The notes beneath the pieces were generated by a model that was not told the DNA's origin, did no database searches, and saw nothing but the letters and a program-made list of their open reading frames with translations. 64,000 nucleotides of DNA. It comes from a bacterium (GTDB lineage: Bacteria; Cyanobacteriota; Vampirovibrionia; Gastranaerophilales; JBAXKC01). The position numbers were made by a program, and so were the translations under genes. This document shows, piece by piece, positions 39,782-49,335 of the stretch. Each line of letters begins with the position of its first letter. Position 1 is the first letter of the stretch. The stretch lies in contig JBAXKC010000008.1 of assembly GCA_037137535.1 (NCBI GenBank), forward strand, positions 26,976-90,975, given 5' to 3'.

Positions 39782-41583
39782 TGACAATTGAAAAAGCTAC
39801 AACTACAAAACTAAGAAACATTGCTATTATTGCTCACGTTGACCATGGTAAAACTACACTAGTTGACAGTATGCTTAAACAAAGCGGCATTTTCAGAGAT
39901 AATGAACAAGTTCAAGAAAGAGTTTTAGACTCAAACGACCTAGAAAGAGAACGCGGAATAACAATTTTATCCAAAAATATATCTATAGAATATGGAGATT
40001 ATACAGTCAATGTTGTTGATACACCGGGACACGCTGATTTCGGTGGTGAAGTTGAACGTGTATTAGGTATGGTTGATGGAGCATTACTTGTTGTTGATGC
40101 TACAGAAGGCCCTATGCCACAAACAAGATTCGTACTTTCAAAAGCTTTAGAATTAGGAATTAAAATTGTAGTAGTTCTTAATAAAATTGACAGACCTAGC
40201 GCTGATGCTGATAAAGCATTAGATAAAGTATTCGACCTTTTTGTTGAATTAACAGATAATCCTGAATTAATTGACTTCCCTGTTGTGTATGCAAGCGGTA
40301 TTGGCGGATTTGCAAAACACAATTTAGAAGATGATAATGATGATTTAAAACCATTATTTGAAACTATTATTGATAAAATCAAACCACCTGTTGGCGATGT
40401 AGAAGAAACACTACAATTCCACGTTACAACACTAGATTATAGTGAATACATCGGTAGAATTGCTATCGGAAGAATTAGAAACGGTTCTGTAAAAAATAAC
40501 GAACAAGTTTGCCTTATCAGACGTGACGGTTCACAAGCCAGAGGAAGAATCTCAAAATTAATCGGATACAAAGGACTAAAAACAATTGACCTTGACGAAG
40601 CTTTTGCTGGAGATATAGTTGGTATAGCAGGATTCCCTGAAGTTCAGATCGGTGAAACAATTACTTCAACAGATAATCCTAAAGCATTACCTTTAATTGA
40701 CGTTGATGAACCTACATTAATGATGAATTTCTCTGTAAATGACAGTCCATTCGCAGGACAAGAAGGAAAATTCGTTACTTCAAGGCAATTAAGAAAAAGA
40801 CTTTACCAAGAACTTGAAAAAAACGTAAGTTTAAGAGTTGAAGATACAGATAATACCGATTTATTCAAAGTAAGTGGCAGAGGTGAATTACACTTAAGTA
40901 TTCTTATCGAAACAATGAGAAGAGAAGGCTATGAGTTCGCCGTCAGCAAACCTGAAGTTATTTTCAAGGAAGAAGACGGAATAAGAATGGAACCTTATGA
41001 AAGCTTAATGCTAGACGTTCCTGATGAATTCGCCGGAAGTTGTATTGAAAAACTTGGTGTAAGAAAATCTGAAATGCAAGATATGTCCTCAAACGGAATA
41101 AGAACTCAAATGAACTTTAATATCCCTGCTAGAGGTCTTATTGGTTTCAGAGGTGAGTTTATCCGTATGACTAAAGGTGAAGGTATTATGTACCATTCCT
41201 TTAAAGAATACAGACCTTACTCAGGTGACATTCCTAACTATCATAACGGTTCACTTATTTCCCATGAAGATGGTGATGTAATTGCTTATGCTTTAGCTCA
41301 ATTAGAAGATCGTGGAACATTCTTCGTAACTCCAAAAACTAAAGTATACAGAGGAATGATTGTCGGTATAAATAATCGTCAACAAGATCTTTTAGTTAAT
41401 GTCTGCAAAACTAAAAAACTTACCAATATGAGAAGTTCAGGCGCTGATGTTATGGTTACATTACAATCAGCTAAAGATATGACTCTTGAGGAAAGTTTAG
41501 AGTACTTAAAAGATGATGAATTACTAGAAATTACACCTCAAAATATCAGATTAAGAAAGTCAGATTTCAGTAAATTAAAATAA
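39778..41583 (+). CDS. typA: Translational GTPase TypA/BipA
   Basis: AHVDHGKTT, RGITILSK, DTPGHADF, NKID, GRGELHL and KKLTNMRSS. Confidence 0.98.
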   Translation: MMTIEKATTTKLRNIAIIAHVDHGKTTLVDSMLKQSGIFRDNEQVQERVLDSNDLERERGITILSKNISIEYGDYTVNVVDTPGHADFGGEVERVLGMVDGALLVVDATEGPMPQTRFVLSKALELGIKIVVVLNKIDRPSADADKALDKVFDLFVELTDNPELIDFPVVYASGIGGFAKHNLEDDNDDLKPLFETIIDKIKPPVGDVEETLQFHVTTLDYSEYIGRIAIGRIRNGSVKNNEQVCLIRRDGSQARGRISKLIGYKGLKTIDLDEAFAGDIVGIAGFPEVQIGETITSTDNPKALPLIDVDEPTLMMNFSVNDSPFAGQEGKFVTSRQLRKRLYQELEKNVSLRVEDTDNTDLFKVSGRGELHLSILIETMRREGYEFAVSKPEVIFKEEDGIRMEPYESLMLDVPDEFAGSCIEKLGVRKSEMQDMSSNGIRTQMNFNIPARGLIGFRGEFIRMTKGEGIMYHSFKEYRPYSGDIPNYHNGSLISHEDGDVIAYALAQLEDRGTFFVTPKTKVYRGMIVGINNRQQDLLVNVCKTKKLTNMRSSGADVMVTLQSAKDMTLEESLEYLKDDELLEITPQNIRLRKSDFSKLK

Positions 41584-41601
41584 TCAAATATAAAACAGAT
41601 G

Positions 41602-41646
41602 AAAAGAAGCTCTTTATGTAGTATTGCTACATAAAGGCTTCTTTTT
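41602..41646 (+). terminator. Intrinsic terminator after typA
   Basis: AAAAGAAGC(T)CTTTATGTAG/CTACATAAAGGCTTCTTTT stem. Confidence 0.8.
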
Positions 41647-41755
41647 AAGAATTATTAAATAATTTAAAAAATACAAGATCTGCTTAAATGTTATTAATTG
41701 TAAATTCGTATAAATTAAGATATGATTTATTCATGGAACAGATAAACGGTGATCA

Positions 41756-42112
41756 ATGAGTAAAGAAAATTTTGATAAATTATTCAAATCAATGTCAGAG
41801 TTTTTTGCTCTGCTTTCTAACCCTGATCGTATTAAAATTCTCGGGCTACTTAAAGAAAAAGAAATGGATGTTAATGATATTCAAGTTGCTTTAGAAATAA
41901 GCCAATCTAGGGTTTCTCAACATTTAAAATTATTGAAACTTAATTCTCTTGTAAAAGAAAGAAGATGTGGAAGAAACGTTTATTATACTGTTACAGATTC
42001 GAGAGTAACAACAGTTGTTCAAAGCGCTCTACAATTTCAGATGCTATGTATGACAACTGATTTAAATGTTATTGATTCAATTAATGAACTCATGCATATA
42101 TGGCATTTCTAA
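41756..42112 (+). CDS. ArsR/SmtB-family transcriptional regulator
   Basis: LSNPDRIKIL, SQSRVSQHLKLL and GRNVYY. Confidence 0.9.
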   Translation: MSKENFDKLFKSMSEFFALLSNPDRIKILGLLKEKEMDVNDIQVALEISQSRVSQHLKLLKLNSLVKERRCGRNVYYTVTDSRVTTVVQSALQFQMLCMTTDLNVIDSINELMHIWHF

Positions 42113-42150
42113 AATGATAAATAGTTGCTATTTAGGTTTGGAGAAAAATT

Positions 42151-42948
42151 ATGTTAAATAGAAATTCACATGAAATTGATTTCAAAATTTACGGCGATGA
42201 CATGCAATTGATTGAAATTGAACTCGATCCGCAAGAAAGCGTTATTGCAGAAGCTGGTGCAATGACAATGATGACTGAAGCAATAGAGATGGAAACTCTT
42301 TTTGGAGATGGCTCCTCACAAGAAGAAGGCATCATGGGTAAACTTCTTGGGGCAGGCAAAAGACTATTAACAGGTGGAAGTCTTTTTATGACAGTTTTTA
42401 CAAATAAAGGTCAAAGAAAGCAGCATGTTTCTTTTTCAGCACCATGTCCAGGTAAAATTATCCCCTTAGACTTAAGTCAACTAGGCGGTAAAATCATTTG
42501 TCAAAAAGATTCTTTTTTATGTGCAGCTAAAGGTGTTTCAATTGGATTAGCCTTTACGAAAAAAATTGGAGCAGGATTTTTCGGAGGAGAAGGTTTTATT
42601 CTTCAAAAACTTGAAGGAGATGGATTAGCCTTTGTTCATGCAGGTGGAACTATTATAGAAAAAGAATTAAAACCCGGTGAAGTTTTACGAGTTGATACAG
42701 GTTGTTTAGTTGCGATGACTAAAGATGTAGATTACGATATTCAAATGGTTAAAGGCATTAAATCTATGCTTTTTGGTGGAGAAGGCTTATTCTTTGCTGC
42801 ATTAAGAGGCCCCGGTAAAGTTTGGATACAATCTTTACCGTTGAGTAGACTTGCTAATAGAATATATTCTGCAACTACAGTTGCGGGAGGAAAGAGCAAA
42901 GAACAGGGCGGCATTCTAGGAACGTTAGGTAATCTTTTACAAGAATAA
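42151..42948 (+). CDS. AIM24/TIGR00266-family protein
   Basis: AEAGAM, CQKDSFLCAA, FGGEGFILQKL and GPGKVWIQSLP. Confidence 0.9.
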   Translation: MLNRNSHEIDFKIYGDDMQLIEIELDPQESVIAEAGAMTMMTEAIEMETLFGDGSSQEEGIMGKLLGAGKRLLTGGSLFMTVFTNKGQRKQHVSFSAPCPGKIIPLDLSQLGGKIICQKDSFLCAAKGVSIGLAFTKKIGAGFFGGEGFILQKLEGDGLAFVHAGGTIIEKELKPGEVLRVDTGCLVAMTKDVDYDIQMVKGIKSMLFGGEGLFFAALRGPGKVWIQSLPLSRLANRIYSATTVAGGKSKEQGGILGTLGNLLQE

Positions 42949-42950
42949 TC

Positions 42951-42997
42951 AAATAAAAATCCCAACACTATTTATTTAGTTGTTGGGATTTTTATTT
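42951..42997. terminator. Bidirectional terminator
   Basis: AAATAAAAATCCCAACA/TGTTGGGATTTTTATTT inverted repeat. Confidence 0.8.
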
Positions 42998-43012
42998 TAA
43001 ACATTTTGCAAT

Positions 43013-43498
43013 CTATAAAGTTAATTCATAAATTTTTGAATTTTTATCAGTATAATTATAAGTTTTAGGGATAGAGTTTTTACAAATCTCGATAAAACCG
43101 TTTTTTTCATAAAATTTATGCGCACTTATAGCAACACCCGGAGTATCAAGCAATATTTTATCGAATTGATTATTTTCAGCAAAAAGAATTAAAGTATCAA
43201 GCAGCATTTTAGCAATACCTTGGCTTCTATATTCTTTCTTTACAAACATTTTTCTTAAAATTGTTGTTTTATTTTCTAATAATTCAATAGAAATTGTGCC
43301 TATTATTTCATTTATTTCATTAAGAGCAACCCAAAAGTTACCATTATTTTTAAGATAATACTCTTTTATGTTTTTTAATTCAGGCTGGTCGTCAATTGTT
43401 AAACCTAAGTTAAATTCAATATTTTGTATTCGCAAAATAAGATCAATTACCTTATTTGTATCAGCTTCGTCAAAATTTCTAATTTTTATTTTACTCAT
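43013..43498 (-). CDS. GNAT-family acetyltransferase
   Basis: LRKMFVKKEYRSQGIA and AHKFYEKNGF. Confidence 0.9.
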   Translation of the reverse strand: MSKIKIRNFDEADTNKVIDLILRIQNIEFNLGLTIDDQPELKNIKEYYLKNNGNFWVALNEINEIIGTISIELLENKTTILRKMFVKKEYRSQGIAKMLLDTLILFAENNQFDKILLDTPGVAISAHKFYEKNGFIEICKNSIPKTYNYTDKNSKIYELTL

Positions 43499-43736
43499 TA
43501 ATCAATCCGCAAAATCTATTGATTATTATTTTAATACATAAGTAAAAATTCACATAATTAATATTAACTTTTGTAAATAGCTGAAATACTTATAATTAAG
43601 TAATTTAAAGATATAAGATGTATAGTTTTGAAATTCATTAACAATATTTTTTTACTTTTGATTTAAATATAATTACAAATGCAAATACAAACAAATATCG
43701 TTTAAGTAAATCTGTAAAATTGAGGAAATCAGAATT

Positions 43737-44750
43737 ATGACAGGCATCAAATATTTGCCACCATCTGGCGTAGAGTTTTTTAGACAAAAATTATTACCTG
43801 AATCAGTACAACAAATTTCGAATATAGCCGAAAAAGCAATATCGAATCCAGAACAGTTATTAAGTGATCTTAATTCTATGGCAGTAAGAAATAAAACAGT
43901 ACTCGATAAGCCTTTTAAACTAAGAGTATGGGCACATTCTTTACATAATACTGCTAATTTAGAGTTAGAAAATATTTTAAGTGTAATAAAAGGAATTGTA
44001 CCTCAAGATACAGGTATAATTGTTGCTAGAGTGAAAGATCCGGTCTCTATTGCTGAAAAATTTCATAAAGTTCACAGAAATTATGGTATATTAGTAAACT
44101 CTCTCGAGCATGCAAAAAGTAAAGTAACAGATTTAGTTGGAACCAGAATAGTTTTACACACAGGAAGTGCTAATGAAATCGATAATGTTGTAAGTTCACT
44201 GGTTGAAGCAATTTTAGATAATAAAGTTAATATAAAAGAACTTAGAAATTATTCAGGGCCAAATTTCACTCCATATTTAACAGATGACCACATGAAAATG
44301 ATTCAAGATGCAGCTATGTCATCAGGACAAAATCCAATTGTTAAAAAAGAAACTCGTTCTACCGGATATACGGGTTGTCACTTTCTTTTTGAGTTCAATA
44401 AGGGGGTTATTACAGAATTACAGTTAAAAGGAAGTAAAACCAATAACTACCATACATTTAATCATTTGATTTATGATATTATGCAAGGAAAAAATCCTTC
44501 TAAAAAAATACCTGAGTTGGAGAAATTATTAGAACCATTGGTAACATCAGTAAAGTCATTCACTAATGAAGATAAAAACAAATATGATAATTATTTAATT
44601 AATTCAGCAAAATACTTCCGATTAGCAGAATGTGGCATAGATGCTGAACTACCTATACTACCTGAAGGTATGGATAAAATCCTTAGTTTAGATAATATCG
44701 AATCACTGTATAAAGAATATTCTTTAATATTAGAAAAACATAAGAAATAA
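43737..44750 (+). CDS. RelA/SpoT synthetase-domain protein (small alarmone synthetase-like)
   Basis: RVKDPVSIAEK, DLVGTRIV, GYTGCH, ELQLK and NHLIYD, with an ~90-aa N-terminal extension. No hydrolase, TGS or ACT domain. Confidence 0.8.
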   Translation: MTGIKYLPPSGVEFFRQKLLPESVQQISNIAEKAISNPEQLLSDLNSMAVRNKTVLDKPFKLRVWAHSLHNTANLELENILSVIKGIVPQDTGIIVARVKDPVSIAEKFHKVHRNYGILVNSLEHAKSKVTDLVGTRIVLHTGSANEIDNVVSSLVEAILDNKVNIKELRNYSGPNFTPYLTDDHMKMIQDAAMSSGQNPIVKKETRSTGYTGCHFLFEFNKGVITELQLKGSKTNNYHTFNHLIYDIMQGKNPSKKIPELEKLLEPLVTSVKSFTNEDKNKYDNYLINSAKYFRLAECGIDAELPILPEGMDKILSLDNIESLYKEYSLILEKHKK

Positions 44751-44757
44751 GGGAAAT

Positions 44758-45111
44758 ATGACTAAACTGGATAAAGAGTTTATTAATCAAATAATACACA
44801 TCATAGAGAATGAAATTCCTTTAACAGGTAAATTTAAAAACAAAATAGTTTCATTTGGTTATGAATATAAAAATGAAAAATTCACAATAAGTTATATTAT
44901 TGGTGCTGTGATTTTTGATAAAATAAAAGACTATGAAAAAAAACGTTTTTTTGAATTGTCAGTTAGACAAGATTCACCTGTGATTGAGGCTTCTCAAAGA
45001 GTATTTTCAGGTTTAAATAATGAAATCGTTAAATACATGCTTAGTGATAATTTATTGATTAATCTCGAAAAAAATATACTTGAACTAATTGAATCATTAA
45101 AAGAAGAGTAA
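44758..45111 (+). CDS. Hypothetical protein, candidate immunity/antitoxin
   Basis: 117 aa, 7 bp after the SAS-like gene, sharing a downstream inverted repeat. Confidence 0.6.
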   Translation: MTKLDKEFINQIIHIIENEIPLTGKFKNKIVSFGYEYKNEKFTISYIIGAVIFDKIKDYEKKRFFELSVRQDSPVIEASQRVFSGLNNEIVKYMLSDNLLINLEKNILELIESLKEE

Positions 45112-45142
45112 AACTTAAAAATTTAATACGAATCCTTAATAT

Positions 45143-45177
45143 AAAAAACTTATTTATTAATAATAAATAAGTTTTTT
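45143..45177 (+). terminator. AT-rich hairpin after the two-gene SAS locus
   Basis: AAAAAACTTATTTATTA/TAATAAATAAGTTTTTT inverted repeat. Confidence 0.6.
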
Positions 45178-45273
45178 CAATAATAACTGTTTTTGCACAA
45201 TGTATAGATGATTTAAAAATTTTAAAATTCATCTATAATATAACGAGTTTATAGATAAAGTTTTGCGATAAAT

Positions 45274-45603
45274 ATGAGTGAAAGTTTCGATAGTGAAGAT
45301 AAAATATTAAGAACGATAGGTCTTGAACTTATGTTTAGCACCCCTCAGTCAAGAGAGCATTCTGATGGAATGACTTCTATTGAAATTGCAAAAAAATGTA
45401 AACTAAAACTTGATATTGTTAAGAAAAAACTTAAAATATTACAAGATGTCGGTATTGTAAGAGTTATAGGAATAAACCCTAAACTTTGGGTTTTTGATGA
45501 TTATAATTTTCAAAGAATTAGCGTAGATAACCCTGTATATAATTTATTATGTCAATTTGAAGATGTAGACTTTTGTAGATATTTTGATTACAGCAAGGAT
45601 TAA
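45274..45603 (+). CDS. Winged-helix DNA-binding-like hypothetical protein
   Basis: GMTSIEIAKKCKLKLDIVKKKLKILQDVGIV...PKLW pattern. Confidence 0.65.
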   Translation: MSESFDSEDKILRTIGLELMFSTPQSREHSDGMTSIEIAKKCKLKLDIVKKKLKILQDVGIVRVIGINPKLWVFDDYNFQRISVDNPVYNLLCQFEDVDFCRYFDYSKD

Positions 45604-45678
45604 TTTCTTTATTTTTAACTATTCTTTAGATAAAATAAAAAAGTATACATTGGCACAGAATAGTTAGGAAGAATATTT

Positions 45679-47139
45679 ATGTCATCAGATATGCATGAAG
45701 TAAGATCAAAATATGAAATAGTTATAGGTCTTGAAGTACACGCTCAATTAAAAACAAAGTCTAAAATTTTCTGCGGAAACGCTACTGAATTTGGGCAAGA
45801 TCATAATTCGCAAGTATGTCCTGTTTGCCTTGGATATCCGGGAGTATTACCTGTTTTAAACAGACAAGTAGTTGAATTTGGTATTTTAACAGGTTTAGCT
45901 TTAAACTGTGAAATAGCAAAACGCTGCAAGTTTGATAGAAAACAGTATTTTTATCCTGATCTTCCTAAAAATTATCAGATTTCACAATATGATATGCCTA
46001 TTGCCTTTAATGGTTCAATTAATATTGGTGGTAGAAATATCCGAATAAATAGAGTACACATGGAAGAAGATGCAGGAAAACTCGTTCACGCAGGTGCAGC
46101 AGGTTTATCGGGATCGACTTATAGTCTTGTGGATTATAATAGAACCGGTGTCCCTCTTCTTGAAATAGTTTCAGAGCCTGATATGCGTTCTTCTGATGAA
46201 GCAAGAGCTTACATGGAAGATTTAAGAAATATTTTAAGATATTTAGATGTTTGTGACGGCAACCTCGAAGAAGGCAGTTTAAGATGTGATGCTAATATCA
46301 GCATTAGACTAGTCGGTGAAACTGAATACGGTACAAAAGCTGAAGTTAAAAACATGAATAGCTTTAGAGCTTTACAAAGAGCGATAGAGTTTGAAATTGA
46401 CAGACAAATAGATATTGTCGAATCAGGTGGAAGAGTTGTTCAAGAAAGTCGTTTATGGAAAGACGACGAAGGTATAACTTTATCAATGAGAAGCAAAGAA
46501 GAAGCTCATGATTACAGATATTTCCCTGAGCCTGATTTAGTACCTTTAGAAGTAAGCGAAGAATGGATTCACAGAGTTAGAGAATCTATGCCTGAACTTC
46601 CTTCACAAAAACGTGAAAGATACACAAATGAGCTTGGATTATCAGATTATGATGCTGCGGTTATAACTGAAAGTCTTGAGATGACAAAGTTCTTTGATGA
46701 ATCGCTAATTGGTTGTGAAAATGTAAAAGCAATAGCAAACTGGTTAATGGGAGACATTACAGCTTATCTTAAAGATAAAAAGCTTAGTATAACTGAAACA
46801 AAATTATCACCTAAAGCACTATCTAATATGGTAAATCTTATCGAAAAAGGTACTATTTCCAATAATATAGCTAAAAAAATCATTGTTACTCTTCTTGAGG
46901 AAGGCGGGGAACCGCAAAAACTTATTGAAGATCAAGGATTAAGCGTTATTGGCGATGAAAGTGCAATTAGAGATATTGTTTTAAAAGTTCTTGCTGCAAA
47001 TCAAGGTCAAGTAGAAAAATACAAATCAGGAAAACCTCAATTATTTGGATTCTTTGTTGGTCAAGTAATGAAAGAAACCAAAGGAAGAGCACAGCCTGAA
47101 ACCGTTAATAAAATTGTAAAAGAAGAAATCGATAAATAA
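45679..47139 (+). CDS. gatB: Asp/Glu-tRNA amidotransferase subunit B
   Basis: IGLEVHAQL, YFYPDLPKNYQISQ, HMEEDAGK, RCDANIS and YRYFPEPDL. Confidence 0.98.
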   Translation: MSSDMHEVRSKYEIVIGLEVHAQLKTKSKIFCGNATEFGQDHNSQVCPVCLGYPGVLPVLNRQVVEFGILTGLALNCEIAKRCKFDRKQYFYPDLPKNYQISQYDMPIAFNGSINIGGRNIRINRVHMEEDAGKLVHAGAAGLSGSTYSLVDYNRTGVPLLEIVSEPDMRSSDEARAYMEDLRNILRYLDVCDGNLEEGSLRCDANISIRLVGETEYGTKAEVKNMNSFRALQRAIEFEIDRQIDIVESGGRVVQESRLWKDDEGITLSMRSKEEAHDYRYFPEPDLVPLEVSEEWIHRVRESMPELPSQKRERYTNELGLSDYDAAVITESLEMTKFFDESLIGCENVKAIANWLMGDITAYLKDKKLSITETKLSPKALSNMVNLIEKGTISNNIAKKIIVTLLEEGGEPQKLIEDQGLSVIGDESAIRDIVLKVLAANQGQVEKYKSGKPQLFGFFVGQVMKETKGRAQPETVNKIVKEEIDK

Positions 47140-47170
47140 ATTCTTTTATCAGATAAAACTTTTTAAATAT

Positions 47171-47205
47171 AATAGCCCCGATTTTGTGTTAAATCGGGGC
47201 TATTT
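47171..47205. terminator. Bidirectional terminator
   Basis: AATAGCCCCGATTT/AAATCGGGGCTATT inverted repeat between convergent genes. Confidence 0.85.
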
Positions 47206-47207
47206 AC

Positions 47208-48497
47208 TTATTTTATTAAATTAATAAATTCTTTAGTGCTGTAATAATCATCAATAATAATAAGTTTAGTTCCAAGAGAGGACTCAACCTCCTCAACTGT
47301 TATATCATCAAGAAACTGATTAGTTAGTTTTCTTATCATAACAGAAGGAATAATTAAATTTTCCAGATTTCCCTTATTTGGAATTAAGGCATTTATTAAA
47401 TCATTCCCTGTTAAAAGCCCTGCAACAGTAACATCATCACCCCAAAAAGTGCTGTTAACTGTTTTTAATTCAACATTTAAGTTATTTATTTTATTTAACT
47501 CATTTATAACTGGATTTAAAGCATAAGCAGCCGTTTTACCAGTAGCTATTGTTAATTTTTTAGGTTGAGAAATTTCTTTTGGTAATTTTGATTTATATTT
47601 ATTGAAATCGTCTAATAAAACTCTACAAGAACCTACTCCATCGTCTAATTGTCCAAATCCATTGTAATAGCGAGCAGAGGGAATAGCTTCATTTGCAAGA
47701 ATATAAAATTCATCTGAAGCAAAGGCAATATTATGTCCAACTTTTTTATTGAATTGGTCAATAATAGAAAGAACTTCTTCAGCTTTGCTTTTAATTACTC
47801 TGTTTAATTCACCTTCTTCTCTAAATTTTGTTATTCCAACAGGTACAACAGCGATTGAAAGAATATTCTGTAATTTAGAAAGATCATTTAATGTATTTAT
47901 AAGTTCATTACCGTCATTTAGCCCTGGGCACAATACCACTTGGGTATGGACAGGAATATTTAACTCGTTTAACCATTTTAAATGCTTTAAAATATTTGAG
48001 GCTTTAGGATTTTTAAGCATTTTAACTCTTAATTCAGGGTTGGTTGTATGTACAGAAACATAAAACGGTCCTGGTCTTAATGTTTCAATTCTGGTTTTAT
48101 GTTTTGCACTTAAATTTGTAAGAGTAACATAAGAGCCTTGCAGACAAGATAATCTGTAATCATCATCTTTAACATATAAAGAAGGTCTTAATCCTTTAGG
48201 TTGTTGATCGACAAAGCAAAATACACATTTATTTGAACAAGGAATTACCTTATCAAATACGGCAGATTCAAAAACAATGCCTAAATCTTCCTCTATATCT
48301 TTTTCAAGTTCAATTATTTCTTCTTCACCATTTTTTCTTTTTATATGAATTTCAAATTCTTCATTAGATGTAAAATATTTAAAATCTAATAAATCTTCAG
48401 GCACTAGCCCGTCTATATTAATAATTTCATCACCGCAACAGAGTTCCAGGTCTTCTGCAATACTATTTTTTAAAACACAATTGATTATGGCAGGCAT
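47208..48497 (-). CDS. PDZ plus DUF512 radical-SAM-like Fe-S protein (TIGR03279-like)
   Basis: N-terminal PDZ-like region, CxxxCxxC (CSNKCVFC), LYVKDDDYRLS and VTVAGLLTG. Confidence 0.88.
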   Translation of the reverse strand: MPAIINCVLKNSIAEDLELCCGDEIINIDGLVPEDLLDFKYFTSNEEFEIHIKRKNGEEEIIELEKDIEEDLGIVFESAVFDKVIPCSNKCVFCFVDQQPKGLRPSLYVKDDDYRLSCLQGSYVTLTNLSAKHKTRIETLRPGPFYVSVHTTNPELRVKMLKNPKASNILKHLKWLNELNIPVHTQVVLCPGLNDGNELINTLNDLSKLQNILSIAVVPVGITKFREEGELNRVIKSKAEEVLSIIDQFNKKVGHNIAFASDEFYILANEAIPSARYYNGFGQLDDGVGSCRVLLDDFNKYKSKLPKEISQPKKLTIATGKTAAYALNPVINELNKINNLNVELKTVNSTFWGDDVTVAGLLTGNDLINALIPNKGNLENLIIPSVMIRKLTNQFLDDITVEEVESSLGTKLIIIDDYYSTKEFINLIK

Positions 48498-48740
48498 TAT
48501 ATTTTCCTATACATTTATATACTTGATTAATAATACTTTAACAAACACAGGCAAATCCGCAAAATTGCTGTTTGTTAAACTAAAGTATTATCAAAAATAA
48601 AAATAAATAGTCCGAATATATATTTCCTTTTTAGACTTTTGATTATTCAAATATAAAGATTAATAAATTAAAATTTATAATAACTAAGGTTTAGACCTTA
48701 CAAATTTACCCATAAGAGTGAAAGTGGGAGGAAGAATATT

Positions 48741-49052
48741 ATGCATATGGGGCAACCTCAGGGAGAAGGAATTAACAGTTCTAACTTACTGGAATTTAAA
48801 AACATATCCAAAGAAATTCTCCAATGGCTTGAGCAATTAACAATAGAAAATAATTGCAGAATAGAGAAAAAAGAATGGAGAAGTAAATATAACAGCTATG
48901 TAGTTTATGATTATGAGCCATTTTGCTCTGACGGTTTTGAAGTAAATATGACTATCGTATCAAGTAACAAAAATAACTTAAAATTTATAAAGTATCTCTA
49001 TGACAACAAAATAAACATGCTTGAATATTTAAAAAACTGTCTTGCCAGTTAA
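48741..49052 (+). CDS. Hypothetical protein
   Basis: 103-aa ORF with a GGGAGG SD and a downstream terminator. Confidence 0.7.
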   Translation: MHMGQPQGEGINSSNLLEFKNISKEILQWLEQLTIENNCRIEKKEWRSKYNSYVVYDYEPFCSDGFEVNMTIVSSNKNNLKFIKYLYDNKINMLEYLKNCLAS

Positions 49053-49056
49053 TTAT

Positions 49057-49100
49057 AAATAACTCCTGATATTATGTTTTTAAAAATCGGGAGTTATTTT
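49057..49100 (+). terminator. Intrinsic terminator
   Basis: AAATAACTCCTGAT/ATCGGGAGTTATTT inverted repeat. Confidence 0.7.
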
Positions 49101-49335
49101 AATATATTTTAAAAAATATATGCTTGATTATTTGAAGTTTATGGTAATATAATTAATAGAAACACAAGGCTGATAATATTTTTAACTTTAAAATAACAAT
49201 GTTAGTCTTTATCAAAGAATTTATAAATCTTTTTCCATTGAAATAATTAAATATAAATTATTAGTTTAAAAAAGATTTATGTAAAAAAGATTTAAAAAGC
49301 AGAAAAGCAGTTTTCTTACGGAGAATTTTAATTAT

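Noticed and set aside
41756-43498. ArsR/AIM24/GNAT as a toxin-antitoxin or metal-resistance module
   Set aside because: The GNAT gene is convergent and separated by a terminator, and no transporter or antitoxin-like partner is present.
48541-48575. c-di-GMP-I (GEMM) riboswitch suggested by CACAGGCAAA...CGCAAA
   Set aside because: The GNRA-capped P2 stem and the P3 stem are missing. Only a generic hairpin is supported.
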